64,000 nt of DNA, taken from the NCBI RefSeq assembly GCF_009914755.1, contig NC_060939.1; one strand, given 5' to 3'. Below the pieces are notes generated by a model. The model ran no database searches. It was not told the origin of the DNA and saw only the letters and a program-made list of their open reading frames with translations. Both the position numbers and the translations under genes were made by a program. Of the stretch, positions 1 to 17,952 are shown one piece after another. Positions within the stretch are counted from its first letter, which is position 1. Each line of letters opens with the position of its first letter. The DNA is from the human T2T-CHM13v2.0 reference genome, Homo sapiens.

Positions 1-421
1 ACCTTTCTCCCCCGGCCACCTCTGGGCAGCATCTCCCTGCTCTCCCTCATTGACCTTGGGCTTCCTTCCCTCCATGCACCCCCTTCTCTTTCATCCTCCC
101 CTCCACAGTGCTCTCTCTGTAAAAAGTCCCCACAGAGACGTTTGCTTTATCTGCCACCAGGCCCGCAGGTGGCTGGGAACCCCACAGCACCGTACCCTCT
201 GCTCCTCCATAGCCTCCCAGTCAGAGAAGCTCAGGAAGGCCCTAAGCCTGAGAAGCAGAGTTCCCCTATCAGTCTGACTGCTTTTCTCATGCGAAAACTT
301 CTGGTGAGTCACGTTTTCCTGGCCATACACCTTTATACTGGAAGCAAACATATAAACAAGTCAGATCTTTTTCAAAGCAGATGGATATAAATCTAAGAAG
401 GCAAGAAGATATTTCCATCCA

Positions 422-1561
<1,140 letters not shown>

Positions 1562-1574
1562 AACCTGGAAAGCT

Positions 1575-2065
1575 GATAGTCTTTAGAACTAGTGAGACTT
1601 GAGTTCAGATATGTTCAACTATTTAGAAGTGGTATGACGTGAGCACATTATTTCTCCAGCCTTCACTTTCTTCCTCTACGAAAAGCGTAGAATAACTTCC
1701 CACAGCTGCCTGCTTGACATCCTTCAGGTCAGGGTTTCAGTGGACTGGCTCAGAGAAACTTTCCTGATACTCTTCTTCTTTCCTGATAGATTCCTGTGTT
1801 GCCCTGTTTCACAGTAGCCAATCTTTTCTTTCCTAGGACTCAACACAGTTTGTAATTACATAGTCATTTGTAAGTTTTTGTCATCTATCTCCTCTACTAG
1901 ATCATTCCTTCTTTGTGGTCACCAGCCATTGACTATCTTGTTCACAGCTGTGTATCCAGAGCATAGCACCATGTCTGCATCTGGAGTGTGTGTGATGTTT
2001 GTTGAATGGGAAAAATTAGTAAATTATTAAATAATATTTGTAGGGAACTTAGCACAGTGCCTGGT
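1575..2065 (+). mobile_element. MIR and L2 3' fragments
   Basis: Degenerate MIR core; L2 tail motifs (cttgttcacagctg...cctggtgcata). Confidence 0.5.
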
Positions 2066-2081
2066 GCATATTAAATTAATG

Positions 2082-2790
2082 GTTCACAATGGGGGATTTT
2101 GGAAATGTGTTGGTGGTGATGGTAATGTTTGTGGTTATCACAATAATTGAAAAGACAATACTGGTGTTTAGAGAGCAGAGTCAGGAGCACTAGACAATAC
2201 CTGTGGAGGCATCCTACCATACAAAGAATTGTCTCACGTCCCACACAACTTTAGAATATACCACCAGACATCGATATAGGGGGAAAATCTGTTTGTAATT
2301 ATCTGCACTTATAATGCTGTTTTTTTTTCATATAAACAGAGAGTAACATTTCCACAGTTTTAATATGCACTGAATTTTCCAAGAATGCAACACACATAAA
2401 TTTCAAAAGTTGTTGTACATTTTGTTTGAAACTCCACTGAGAGTTGTTTGCTTTTTCAGAAAAATCACATCTCCGTGAGCAATACTGCTCATGGTGAATC
2501 CTCAATATAGCACTCCCTGATCAGCCTGTATTTGTAAGTGTGATTCCACGTATTGGTGCAAAAAAACCTGATTAGTGTATTATGTCTTCCAGTCTAGGCA
2601 TGCCTGAATATGTACATGTTGCAATACATATTTTATTGTAATTTTTTTGCCTTCTTCTTTGTATTGTATTTAAAGTATTATATTTAATTATTTTGAAATT
2701 ATGTATATAGGTAGATTATGAAGTTTATTACAGGATTTTAGAAAAAAGCCTTTTTGTTTTAAAGAAAAACATTGAGTCAAATAGGGATTA
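2082..2790 (+). mobile_element. hAT-Charlie DNA element, MER20B-like
   Basis: MER20-like start plus the longer MER20B internal sequence. Confidence 0.6.
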
Positions 2791-3114
2791 GATGTATTAG
2801 ATGTGTATTAGATACTGTCTTTCTTTTAATAATAATAATTACAGTGGAACTTTATAGGCTTTTCTGAGATAAATGGCAAAGGAAATAAAATCTTATTTTT
2901 ATCCTAAGATCTTATTTTCTTCTTCTTATTGCCAAAATGCTCCTTTTCACATACATGGGGACACTTTTAATACTTTGTGCACCCCAAAATTTTGTTGGTT
3001 CAACGTAAAAAGTACATTACAGAACTTCAGAGCAAAACTTCTACAGAGCAGCCCAAAGTGAGGTTTATGCAGCTGTAATGACCTACAAGGTCTGGCTGGT
3101 GTTTGAGAAGGATG

Positions 3115-3315
3115 TGTTTGCTGGACTTGAATCCCGGCTCCACTCCTTAGTAACTGCATTATTTCAGACTAGTTGTTTAACTCACTGGTCCTCAGTTTTC
3201 TCAACTAAAGAATGGGGTCAATGACAGCTGTCTCTAGGGTGCTGTGTCATGAAATGTAATCAGGTATATACCAGGCCCAGCACAATGCAGTCACATGGTA
3301 GGTACCTAGTGTTAA
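3115..3315 (+). mobile_element. MIR
   Basis: gaatcccggctccact...cctcagttttctca...aatgggg core. Confidence 0.65.
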
Positions 3316-3599
3316 TTTTCTTCTCTAAAATTATTTTCTTCATCTCCCAAATTATTCTAATAATTGCCATCAAAGACAGATCCTACATAGAACTTCATAA
3401 ATGCAAAATCATAAAATAATACATCACAGACACCACTGGCCTGGATTACACAAGTGTATTTTTATACTACATTCCATGCACTCTGCTCAATGTAAGTCTT
3501 AGTCTGTGATTATTGAACCTACAGTCTGTGCATGTGGAGTTTTCCAGGAAGTCCCCAACTTTTGCCATTCTAAAAGGAGACTGCAATCTCCAAAGGTTA

Positions 3600-3913
<314 letters not shown>

Positions 3914-4809
3914 TTATAAGGTAAAAGTAATTTAACCTTTACATATGCAGTTTCTTCTGTCAGGAATGTTCTTTTCCCCTTCACCCTGCTGATTTCTTTT
4001 CATCCTCCAAAATTCAACTGAATCATCACGACCTCAGGAAAGTCTTTCTGGACTTCCCAGGCTAGATTTGGTCTGGATACATGTTCCTGAACACCCTGGT
4101 TCTTTCCTGTGTTGTGGGAGGCAGCTGTCTGTGCTTATAACTTGATAACATCGACTAACCCTCCTGGGACGTATATATTCCATGGGGGCAGGGATTGTGT
4201 CCTACTGCTCACCTGGGCATCCCTATCTTCTTATTCAGTGCCTGACACATACCAAAAATTCAGTACATATTTCTTGAACGAGTGCATGAATTTTCCATCA
4301 AAACCAATGAATTGATTTCAAATCAACTTTTCTACTAGTAAGATTGAATTGACTATGATACAATAGCATATTTATTTGACCTCAGTTGAGAGGTCTTTGT
4401 AATATTTTCCTCCAAATATTGTGCTAGTCCTAGACCCATATGCATTGACAACCCCGAGAGTGTGTCACCAGGATTCCACCTCCTCCGACTTTACCTTTTC
4501 TATGGGAATTCTCCTCTTTGTTGAATGTCCTCAGTTTTGACACGTGCATCCTGAACTATAGCTAGTGACAGTTGCTCTAATTGTTCAGAAGTTGTCTGAA
4601 GTTTCTTGTCTCCTAGACTCAGCCAACAGCTCCTTGAAACCAGAGAATCATTCAAATCCCCATGGAGTATTTAGCATAATAGACAGCGGACGGATATTGG
4701 TGGTTGAACACCACTAACTTATCTAACACACTTCTTACACGTTTGTAAAGTACAAAACAACTTCACCATCTGATAATTGCATCAAAACTAATAACTTGAC
4801 TCTGCCTAA

Positions 4810-5150
<341 letters not shown>

Positions 5151-5175
5151 TAGTCTGTCTCTCTCTCTATCTATC

Positions 5176-5523
<348 letters not shown>

Positions 5524-6390
5524 TGATCCAGTTAATTCTGCATATGATATTATTCAGGCCATAATTAAACAAAATATTTTATATTTTTTGTGGTCTCAGT
5601 CAATTAAGAAAATGGCCCCTAAATATTTTAAAATATCATCCTAGAACCCCAAAGAAGACAATGACCTGGAGTCCACAAAACCTGTAGGGACAGGGGACGC
5701 CTACTGAAACAGCCAGATGATAGACTGGGTCTTTATCCAAGATAGAGACACGACTTGGAGAGAGACAGAGTGGTTGGTGTTGAGGACTGAAGGGCCATTG
5801 GGATTCAGCGACAAAAGCTGTATGCAGTGACAGAAGCTGCACTTCATTTGCCCTGAGTTGTAACTAACTAGTGGGAAGAGAGAATCATGGCATTTTAGAT
5901 CAGAAATGATCTTAGAAAGAAATTTTTTCTATTCTCTTTTATTCTCAAATAGCCAGATTTTTGCTGTATTATGCCATCTGGCTAAGAACTTTTTGTTAGC
6001 TAAGAACTTTGCTCCTTTTTTAAAAAAAATGATAAAAGTAATGCACTCTTATTTTTGAAAAATTGGAAATTGTGAAAAAGAATGGCCAGAAATGCACTCA
6101 TTATCCTGTATCTATTTAATTCTATTATGGAATACAAATATGGATAGACAATTGTTCCTACAGTATTTATTGAAAAGTCAATCCTTTCTTCATTGAATTA
6201 CCTGGTACCTTAAAATTAGATAATTTTCTTTATTTCCTAATGTAAGTATTTAATGCTATTAATTTTCTTGTAAATACTGGCTTAGCTTCATTTCACATAT
6301 TTTAATATGTGTTATTTTACTTTCATTCCATTCTGAATATTTTTTAATTTCCCTTGTGATTTCTTCATGAATTTTTAAATGTATTGTTTA

Positions 6391-6765
<375 letters not shown>

Positions 6766-7059
6766 TCACAAATGTTCTTTATAGTTGATCTATCAATCAC
6801 AGATAAAGGAAAGTGGAAATTTTCAACTATAGTTATGGATTTGTTTATTTTTCCTTTCAACTATTTCAATTTTTGCTTCAGGTATTTTGAAGCTCTGTAA
6901 CTAGTTGCATACACATTTAGGTATTATCACATCCTCCTGATCAGTTGACCCTTTTATCATTATGAAATGCTTTTCTCTATTCCTGGTGATATTAGCAGTC
7001 ATTAAATCTACCATGATGTTAATGTAGCCACTCCAACTTTCTTTTGATTAGTATTTTCA

Positions 7060-7543
7060 TGTTGTGTCTCCCAAGACAACTCCCAGTTTTAACGATTTAC
7101 TAGGAGGACACATAGAGTTATATTCATAGCCATAATGTATTATAGTGAAGAGATACAAAGCAAATTCAGTATACACGGATGCACTTAATTCTTCCAGCAG
7201 CGAATTGTAACAACACATGTGAAATGTTTTCTGCCAGGGAAGCTCGTTAAAGACTCATGGCCAAGGTTTTCTTCTGTTTTTTTTAAGAGCATTGGTCATA
7301 TAGACACTCTCTGACTAGCACATATCAAAATTCCAGACTCCCACAAGGTAAGTGGTTGTTCACCATAAACCACATTATTTGTACAAACAGTTTAGGCACA
7401 GTAAGCCATTGTCATCCGTCCTGAAAATGGTAGTAACATTCCCAAAATTCAAGCTCCCACACACCATTGAAGGCCAGCTTTGCAAGAAGGCCTGTCTAGG
7501 GATAGCAGTTTTAGACTTTTATGTTAACTCTTTTCTGCACACA
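7060..7543. mobile_element. Solo LTR, MER21-like (ERVL)
   Basis: TG...CA ends; cccaagacaactcccag...actaggagga...gatacaaagcaaa MER21 motifs. Confidence 0.7.
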
Positions 7544-7689
7544 GGATACATTGTTTTCTATTCTTTTCTTTTTAACATCTTTATACTTAAAATATTTTCT
7601 CATAGGCAGCATATATTTGGATCTTGCTTTTTAAAATCTAATTTGACTATTTTTGCCTTTTAATAGGAGTGCTTAAATCATTCATATTA

Positions 7690-9120
7690 AGGACATTCCT
7701 CTTCAATAAATGGTGTTGGGAAAACTGGATATTCATATGCAGAAGAATGAAACTGGACCTTTATCTTCCACAATGTACAAAAATCAACTCAAGATGGTCT
7801 AAAGACTTACATGTAAGACCCAAAACTATTTTAAAAAGCAGTAGAAGAAATGCAGGAGAAACACTTCAGGATACTGGTCCAGGCAAAGATTTTATGGCTA
7901 AGACCTCAAAAACACAGGCAACAAAACCAAAAACAGACAAATGGGACTATATTAAATTAAAAAGTATCTGCACAGTAGAGGAAACAATCAATAGAGTAAA
8001 AAGACAACCTGTTGAATGGGAGAAAATAGTTGCAAACTATTCATCCAGCAAGGGATTAATATCCAGAATATACAAGGAATTCAAACAACCCAACGACAAC
8101 AAAAAACAAATAATCACATTAAAAAGTGGGCAAAGGATATGAATAGACATTTCTCAAAAGAAGGCATACAAATGGCCAAAAGGTATGTGAAAAAATACTC
8201 AATATCACTCATCATCAGAGAAATGCAAATTAAAACCACAACGCGATATGATCTTACCCCGGTGAGAATGGATATTATTAAAAAGACAAACAAACAGATG
8301 CTGGCCAGGGTGTGAAAAAAGGGAACTCTTCTGTACCATTGGTGAGAATGTAAATTAGTAAAGCCACTATGGAAAATAGTATGGAGATTTCTCAAAAAAC
8401 TAAAAATAGAACTACCATATATCCAGCAATCCCACTACTGGGTATTTAGACAAAGGCAAGGAGATCAGTATATCAAAGGGATACCTGTAGCCCCATGTTT
8501 ATTGCAACACTATGTACCATAGCAAAGATATGAAATCAACCTAAGTGACCATCAACAAATGATTTCATTCTTTTTTGTGGCTGAATGGATAAACAAACTG
8601 TGTATATGTACACACAATGGAATACATTGAGCCACAGAAAAGAATGAAATCATGTCATTTGCAGCAATATGGATGGAACTGGAGGTCATTATGTTAAGTG
8701 AAATAAGCCAGGCTCAGAAAGACAAATGTTGCATATTGTCACTCACATGTGGGAGCTAAAAAAGTGGATCATATGAAGATAGACAGTAGAATGAGAGAGA
8801 CCAGAGACTGGGAAGGGTGTGTGGTTGGGAAGCAGGGATGGAAAGAGGTGGGTTAATGCGTACAAGAATACAGTTAGATAGAAGGAATAAGTTATAATGT
8901 TCCATAGCAAAGTAGAGTGACTATAGTTAACAATAGGTGTTATATATTTCAAAATAGCTAGAAGAGAGAACATGAAATGTTTCCAACACATAGGAATGGT
9001 AAATTCTTGAGGTAATGGATGCCCTAAACACCCTGACTTGATCATTACACATTCCATGCATGTAACAAAATATCACAAGTACTCCATAAGTATAGACAAA
9101 TATTATGCACCAAAAATATT
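7690..9120 (+). mobile_element. 5'-truncated L1MA-type element (ORF2 C-terminus + 3'UTR)
   Basis: [20 protein letters not shown]...[13 protein letters not shown]2 homology with frameshifts; L1MA 3'UTR. Confidence 0.92.
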
Positions 9121-9583
9121 TTTTTAAATGTACTTATAAGTATGGTGGAGTTTATCTTCTTATATTTTTATTTTACCTGGTCTTTGCTCCTTTTTTTCTT
9201 TCTTTCAATTATTTTTTAATAATCCCATTAGATTTCCACTCTGTTTATTGGCTATACCTCTTGATTTTGCTTTTTCAGTGGTTGCTCTAGGGTTTACAGT
9301 TATATGTGTGTGTATTTTATAATATATGTATATGTATGTACGTGTGTGTATATATATTTATATATACACACACACATTATCTTCATCTTATTTCAAATAA
9401 CCTATTTGAAATATTACACCTTCTGTAGTATAAGAAACTTACAATAGCATAGTTCCAGTTCTACTGACCTTTGTGCTATGGTTGTCATATATTTTACTTC
9501 TACATATGTTATAAAACCCACAATACATTGTTTTTTATTTTTGCTCTAAATAGCCAAATACTTTTTAAAAACAATTAAAAATA

Positions 9584-9905
<322 letters not shown>

Positions 9906-10849
9906 GATTAAAAATAAAAAATATTCATTTTTACTATAACTTTATTCAAAATTCTGGAAAATAAGATACTCATGTCTGGCAAATGGCAAAGTTAAAAAAA
10001 AAAAAACAACTCCTAGTCATTTTGATTTAACTGTCAGCAAACCCTCCATTATTTTAATTGAGCAGTGTCCATGGGCGAACAGTGAGTGCTTGACTGGTAT
10101 TACTTAGTACTCACCACAACTGTCTTTGTTTTGTTTCACCAAAGATTTATAGAGATTGCAGCAAGTACCTAGCATGTAAACATTTCTTTCCCATATAAAG
10201 AGGTTTTTTTCCTTAACTGTTCTTAATACTTTTATCCAGCAATCTAGCACCCTCAGACTTTTCTACACCATATTATGATCCACTTACTCCAAATACCCAA
10301 CTCTGAAATTGGATCCTCATCTTTTATTGGTTTCTCTGAAAATTCTCTAGCTTCAATGTGAGAAATTAAAGAATCTAAACAGCTAAAATTCTTATTTACT
10401 AACCACAGCAGCAGGTCTATTGCAATAGCTTCCTCTAAACTGTGCCAATCAGTTCTTCAAATTAATTAGATTATATTTTCAATATTTTCATTAGCACCAT
10501 GTTATTATATTTCTCTATTTAGGTAAATGACATCTCATCTTTTTTTTTTTAGTGTTAAGTTTCAGGTCTTGGGTTTACACAGGAAATAAAGAATTGTAGA
10601 GGAAGCTCTTTGTCATGAAGGAACAAATAGAACAGATATAGGACTTGTGTTTGGGAACCTTTCCATCAAGCTTATTATCATGGTATAATTTTGTTGCTTT
10701 CCTTTATCTACAACATCAATATTACTGATATAAACTATTGACTGACCTCGAAGGAAGCAGACTACTACGAGTTTAAGATACTTGAAATAATTATTTGCTC
10801 TGTATGAATAGGTTATCAATTTGATATAGTGTTTTTTAGTTTATGTTCA

Positions 10850-10979
10850 TTTTTTTTTTTAATAGAGACAGGGTCTCCCTATGTTGCCCAGGCTGGTCTT
10901 GAATTCTAGCCTCAAGAGATCCTCCCACCTTGGCCTCCCGCAGTACTGGGATTACAAGCATGAGCCACCACACCTGGCC
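10850..10979 (-). mobile_element. FLAM / Alu monomer
   Basis: Single monomer with 13-bp TSD TAGTTTATGTTCA (10837-49, 10980-92). Confidence 0.9.
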
Positions 10980-13440
10980 TAGTTTATGTTCAGTTTCAAT
11001 TTTTCCTTTTTTTTTCTATTTCTTTTTATTTTAAATGTTATTTTTAAATATGTAAGACATTTATACAGATCAAAACTCAAAGCTATTAAAAAGGGGGTGG
11101 GAATCTTGCTATTCATATTCTCTTTAACACACTCCTGTCTACCCCTCCTAGGTAACCATTTTCATTAGCTTCCATGTTTCTATTTGCAAAAATAAGCAAA
11201 TATGTATGTGTGTGAATATCATGTTTTTTCTCATTTCCCTTTCTTTCTTACATGAGAGGTAATATATTACATACACTCTTCTGCGTCTTGCTTTTTTTAG
11301 TAGTTCTTTAATCTTTGAGTTTGTCATCTGTGACACAGGGAGAACACTGTGTGCGAAAATTAAATAGAAGGGGGCACACAACAAGGACCAGGCACAGTGG
11401 GACCTACCTCCACATGGTGCCTAGAGCCTACTCCTGTTCCTCCAAATGGCAGCATCATGGCTACTGATACTCCCATTACTTCAGGTAGTGGTTTTAGATT
11501 AAAATGTTCTTGGAGAAGTTGGGAGCACACAGCAGATCATCCAGCATGAATAGTTTGTAGCGTTCTAGTTGCATCTACAACCAAGGCCACTGTTCCTTTT
11601 CAATCCAAGACAAACTCTCAGAACCCAAGGAGGGCTGCTGGCGAGTCTCCTCCTGATGGTGCCCAGCACCCAGTCTTCCCACAAATTTAGCAGTGAATCC
11701 GTCCCATCTGCCACATGGAGGCAAACAGACTCATGGCCAGGCTGCAGGGCAAAGACTTCTTATTAATAAATATATTTTCTATTTGCCCACATATTTACCA
11801 TTTCCAGTACCCTTCCTTACTTTGTGTAGATTTATTTCCATCTGGTATCATTTTCCTTTTTCACGAATAAATTCCATACCTTTTCTTGTGGTGCAGGTTT
11901 ACTGGGAATAAGTTCTATTGCCTTTTGTTTGTCTTTTTTACCTTTACGTTAAAAAAATCTTTTTGCTGGATATAATATCCTACATCAACAGGGTTTTTCA
12001 TTCAGTACTGTTGCCTCATTTTCCAATAGCTTGCACAGTTTGTGACTAAAATTTGCCATCCTTCTTATCATTGTTCCTCTGTATGTAGTGTATCTCCCCC
12101 AACTACCCACACCTGCTTTTAAGATTTTTCTCTTCATCATGGGTTTTGAGCAATTGGATTATAATGTACTTTGGTGTGGTTTTCTTTATGTCTACTCTGC
12201 GTGAGTTTTGTTGGCTTCCTCTATCATGGGTTTATAGTTTTCGTCAAATTTGAAAAGTGTTTGGCCATTATTTCTTTCATTTTTCTGCTGCTTCTTCCTT
12301 TTTTCTGGGATACCAACTACATGCCAATCAGACTACTTGTTTTGTCCCACAGGTCACTATGTTTCCTCAATTATTGAGACATCAGTAATTGAGAAAGGAC
12401 TATTGAAATCTCTGACTATAATTTTTCTTTTTCTCTATTTCTATCCAGTCTTTGTTTAATGTATTTTGAAGTTCTGTTACTAGATGCTTACATGTTTAAC
12501 ATTGCTATGTCCCCTTGATGACTTGACGTCTTTATCCTGCCGAAAGAATCCTCTTTTCCCATGGTAATATCCTTAGCTCCGAAGTTTACTCAGTGTGAAA
12601 TTAATATAAGCATTCCAGTTTTCTTTTAGTTAGTGTCAGCATAATATATCTTTTTCCATCTTTTTATTTTTATGCTATTTAGTTTTCATTTTTAAAGTAT
12701 GTTTCTTACAGGCAGCATATACCTGGGTCTCTCTCTTTTATCCAATCTGATGATCTCTACCTTGTATTTAGGTCATTGAGGCCACTTATATTTAATGTGA
12801 ATGAATATGGTTAGGTTTAAATCTACATATTGTTATCTGTTTTCTAGGTGTCTCATCCCTTTTATGTTCCTGTTTTCCCTTGTCCTATTCCTGTGGATTG
12901 CTTGAGTATTTCTTTTTATTTCACTTTTTCTCCTTTGTTGCCTTATAAGCTCAAACACTTTGCTGGGTTATTTTAAAGGTTGCTGTAGAGTTTATAGTAA
13001 CTTTTTAAATCTGATCACAACCTACCACAAGTGATATTATATCACTTTATGTATCATATAAGAACCTTAGAATAGTACTCTTCTATTTCTTCCTTCCCAA
13101 ACTTTGTGCTATTGTTGTCATACATTTTATTTCTACATATAAGCCTCACAATACACTGTTTTGGATTTTGCTTTAAACAGTGACATCTTTTCTAAAAAAG
13201 AGACTTAAATTATGTTTTAAAGTTTTATATTTATACATATTTCTAGTGCTTTTAATTCTTTTGTGTAGATCTTGATTTCCAAATAGCATGATTTTCTATC
13301 TAAAGGACTTTCTCTAAATTTTTTTTTGTACTGCAGACCTGCTAGTAATGAGTTCCTTCAGCATTTGTATGTTTGCAAAAGTCTTTAGTTTGCCTTCATT
13401 TTGAAAAGACTTTTTTCTGGATAAAGAATTCTGTGTTTAC

Positions 13441-14388
13441 CATTTTATTTATTTGAGTTTTCTCTCTTTTTCTCTTAGTTTGGTGAAAGCTTTTTCAATT
13501 TTGCTTATCTTTAAAAAAAAAAAAACCAACCCTTAAGTTTACCAATATATGTTGTTGTCTAGTGTCTCTTTTATTTATTTCTGCTCTGATCTTTACTATT
13601 TCCTTCCTTATGCTATATTGGGTTTAGCTTGTTGTTCTTTTTCTAGATCCTTGAGGTGTGAAGTTAGGTTATTTAAGATCTTTCTTTTCTCTCAATGTAG
13701 GTGTTTATCACTACAAACTTCCCTCTTAGAACTGCTTTTGCTGCATCCCATAGGTTTTGATATGTTGTATTTCCATTTTGTTTGTCTCAAGATATTTCTT
13801 GATTTTCTTTTGATTTCTTGATATAACCATTGGTTGTCCAGGAGTATGTTGTTTAATTTCCATGTATTTATAATTCTTGTTTTCCTCCTGCTATTGATTT
13901 CTAATTTTATATCATTGTGGTCAGAAGACATATTTGATTGATTTCGGTCTTCTTAAATTTGTTAAGACTTGTTTTGTGGCCTAATGTGATCTACCTGGAG
14001 ACTACTCTGTTTGTATTTAAAAAGGATGCATATTCTGCTGCTGTTGGATGGAATGTTCTGTATATGTCTGTTACGTCCTTTTGGCCTACAGTCTGCTATT
14101 TCTTTATTGATTTTCTGTCTAGATAACCTATCCATTGTTGAAAGTGAAGTATTAAAGTTCCCAACTGTTACTGTATTACTGCCTATTTCTTCCTTCAGTT
14201 CTCTTAATATTTCCTTTATATGTTTAGGTGCTATGATGTTTGATGCATATATATTTTCAATTCTTACATCCTCTTGATGAATTTACCCCATTATTATTAT
14301 ATAATGACCTTCTTTGTCTCCTGTGACAGTTTTTGACTTAAAATCTATTTTGCCTGATAGTAAGTATAGCTACCACTACTCTGTTTTG
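13441..14388 (-). mobile_element. Inverted 5' segment of an L1MA-type element (ORF2 EN region)
   Basis: SDHNDIKLEIN...NTWKLNNILLDNQW on minus; its end is contiguous in L1 coordinates with the + segment starting ~14389. Confidence 0.88.
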
Positions 14389-15274
14389 GAAAGAGAAGGC
14401 ATTACTACGGATACCATGGAAACGCAAAGGATCATAACAGACTATGAACAATTATATGCCAACAAGTTGGATAGCCTAGAAGAAATTGATAAATTCCTAG
14501 AAATGTCCAGCCCACCAAAACTGAATCATGAAGAAATAGAAATTTTGAACAGACAAATATTGAGTAAGGAGATTGAGTCAGTAATAAAACCTCCCCAAAA
14601 ATAAAAGTCCAGGATTTAATAGCTTCACTAATGAATTCTACCAAATATTTAAAGAAGAATTAAAGCCTATCTTTCTCAGAATCTTCTAAAAACTTGATGA
14701 GGAAAGAATACTTCCAAGTTCATTTTATGAGGCTAGCATTACCCTGATGCCCAAGCCAGACAAGGACACTATAAGAAAATAAAATTATAGGCCAATGTTT
14801 TTGGTGAACTTGTATGCAAAAATTATCAACAAAATACTAGCAAACTGAATTCAATAGCACATTAAAAGAATTATATACCATGATCAAGGGGAATTTATCC
14901 CTGGGATGCAAGGATAGTTTGATATACAAAAGTCAATAAACGTGATATACCATATTAACAGAATAAAGGATAAAAACCACATGATAATTTCAGTGGATGC
15001 AGAAAAAGCATTTGATGACAACATTCTTTCATGATTAACTCTCTCAATAAATTAGGTATAGAAAGAACGTACCTCAACACATTAAAGGCTATATATGACA
15101 AGTCCACAGCTAACGTAATCAATAATGAAAAGCTGAAAGCTTTTTCTCTAAGATCAGTAGCAAGACAAGGATTCACTTGCCTGGCATAAGCAAGACAAGC
15201 TCACTTTCATTGATTCTATTCAATATAGTACTGGTAGTCCTAGCAGAAATTAGGCAAGAAAGAGAAATAAAAGG

Positions 15275-15648
15275 TGATATGGTTTGGCTCTGTTTCCCCA
15301 TCCAAATCTCACCTTGAATTGTAATCGTTATAATCCCCATGTGTCAAGGGCGGGACGAGGTGGAGGTAACTGGATCATGGGGACAGTTTCCCCCATGCTG
15401 TTTTCATGATAATGGGTGAGTTTTATGAGATGTGATGGTTTTGTGTCTGGCATTTCCCCTGCTAGCACCCACTCCATCCTGCCACCCTGTGAAGAAGTTG
15501 CCTGATTCTCTTTTGCCTTCTGCCATGATCGTAGGTTTCCTGAGGCCTGCCCAGCAATGTAGAACTGTGAGTCAGTTAAACCTCTTTCCTTTACAAATTA
15601 CCCAGTCTTGGATATTCCTTCATAGCAGTGTGAGAACGGACTGAAACA
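15275..15648 (+). mobile_element. THE1 (MaLR) solo LTR
   Basis: TGATATGGTTTGGCT...GGACTGAAACA; 5-bp TSD AAAGG (15270-74, 15649-53). Confidence 0.93.
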
Positions 15649-16384
15649 AAAGGCAACCAAATCAAAAAGGAAGAAGTAAAATTGTCTCTGCTTACAGATG
15701 CTATGATCTTATATACAAAAACCCTAAAGCAAAAGTGTCACCAAAAAACTCTTAGAACTAATACACAAATTCAGTAAAGTTGCAAGATATGATATTAAAA
15801 ATCTGTTACATTTTTATATACAAACAATAAACAATTTGAAAAAAGAAATTATGAAAACAATATTATTTACAAAGGCACCAAATATATTTAGGAATACATC
15901 AAACCAAGTAAGAGAAAGATCTGTACATTGAAAAGTATAAAACAGTGATGAAAGAAATTGAAGAAGACACAAATGAAAGGACATCCCATGTTAATGATTG
16001 GAATAATTAAAATTGTTAAAATATTCATACTACCCAAAGTGACCTATAGATTCAATGCAATCTCTATCAAAATTCCAATGGCATTTTTCACAGAATTAGA
16101 AAAGGCCATCCTAAAATTCATTTGAAATTGCAAAAGACCCAGAATAGTAAAAGCAATCTTGTGCAATAAGAACAAAGCTAGAGACATCACACTACCAAAT
16201 TTCAAAATACACTGCAAAGTTACAGCAATCAAATCAGTATGGTACTGGCATGAAAACAGACATATAGACCAATGGAAAAGAATAGAGAGCCCAGAAATAA
16301 ATCCACACATTTATGGTCAAAAGTGATTAACCTTTGATCTTTGACAAAAGTACCGATAACATGCACTGGAGAAAGAATAGTCTT

Positions 16385-16698
<314 letters not shown>

Positions 16699-16851
16699 AC
16701 ATGCAGAAAAGAATTGGACTCTTATCTCATACCACATGCAAAAAATCAACTAAAATGGATTAAAGACTTAAATGTAAGACCTGAAACTGTATGTCAGTAG
16801 CAATAAAACAACCCAATTAAAAAATTGACAAGGGACCTGAATAGACATTTC

Positions 16852-17952
<1,101 letters not shown>

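Noticed and set aside
7669-8315. L1 ORF2-like ORFs (also 13692-14604 and 17072-18016)
   Set aside because: Frameshifted fragments of dead L1 copies; no intact ORF1/ORF2
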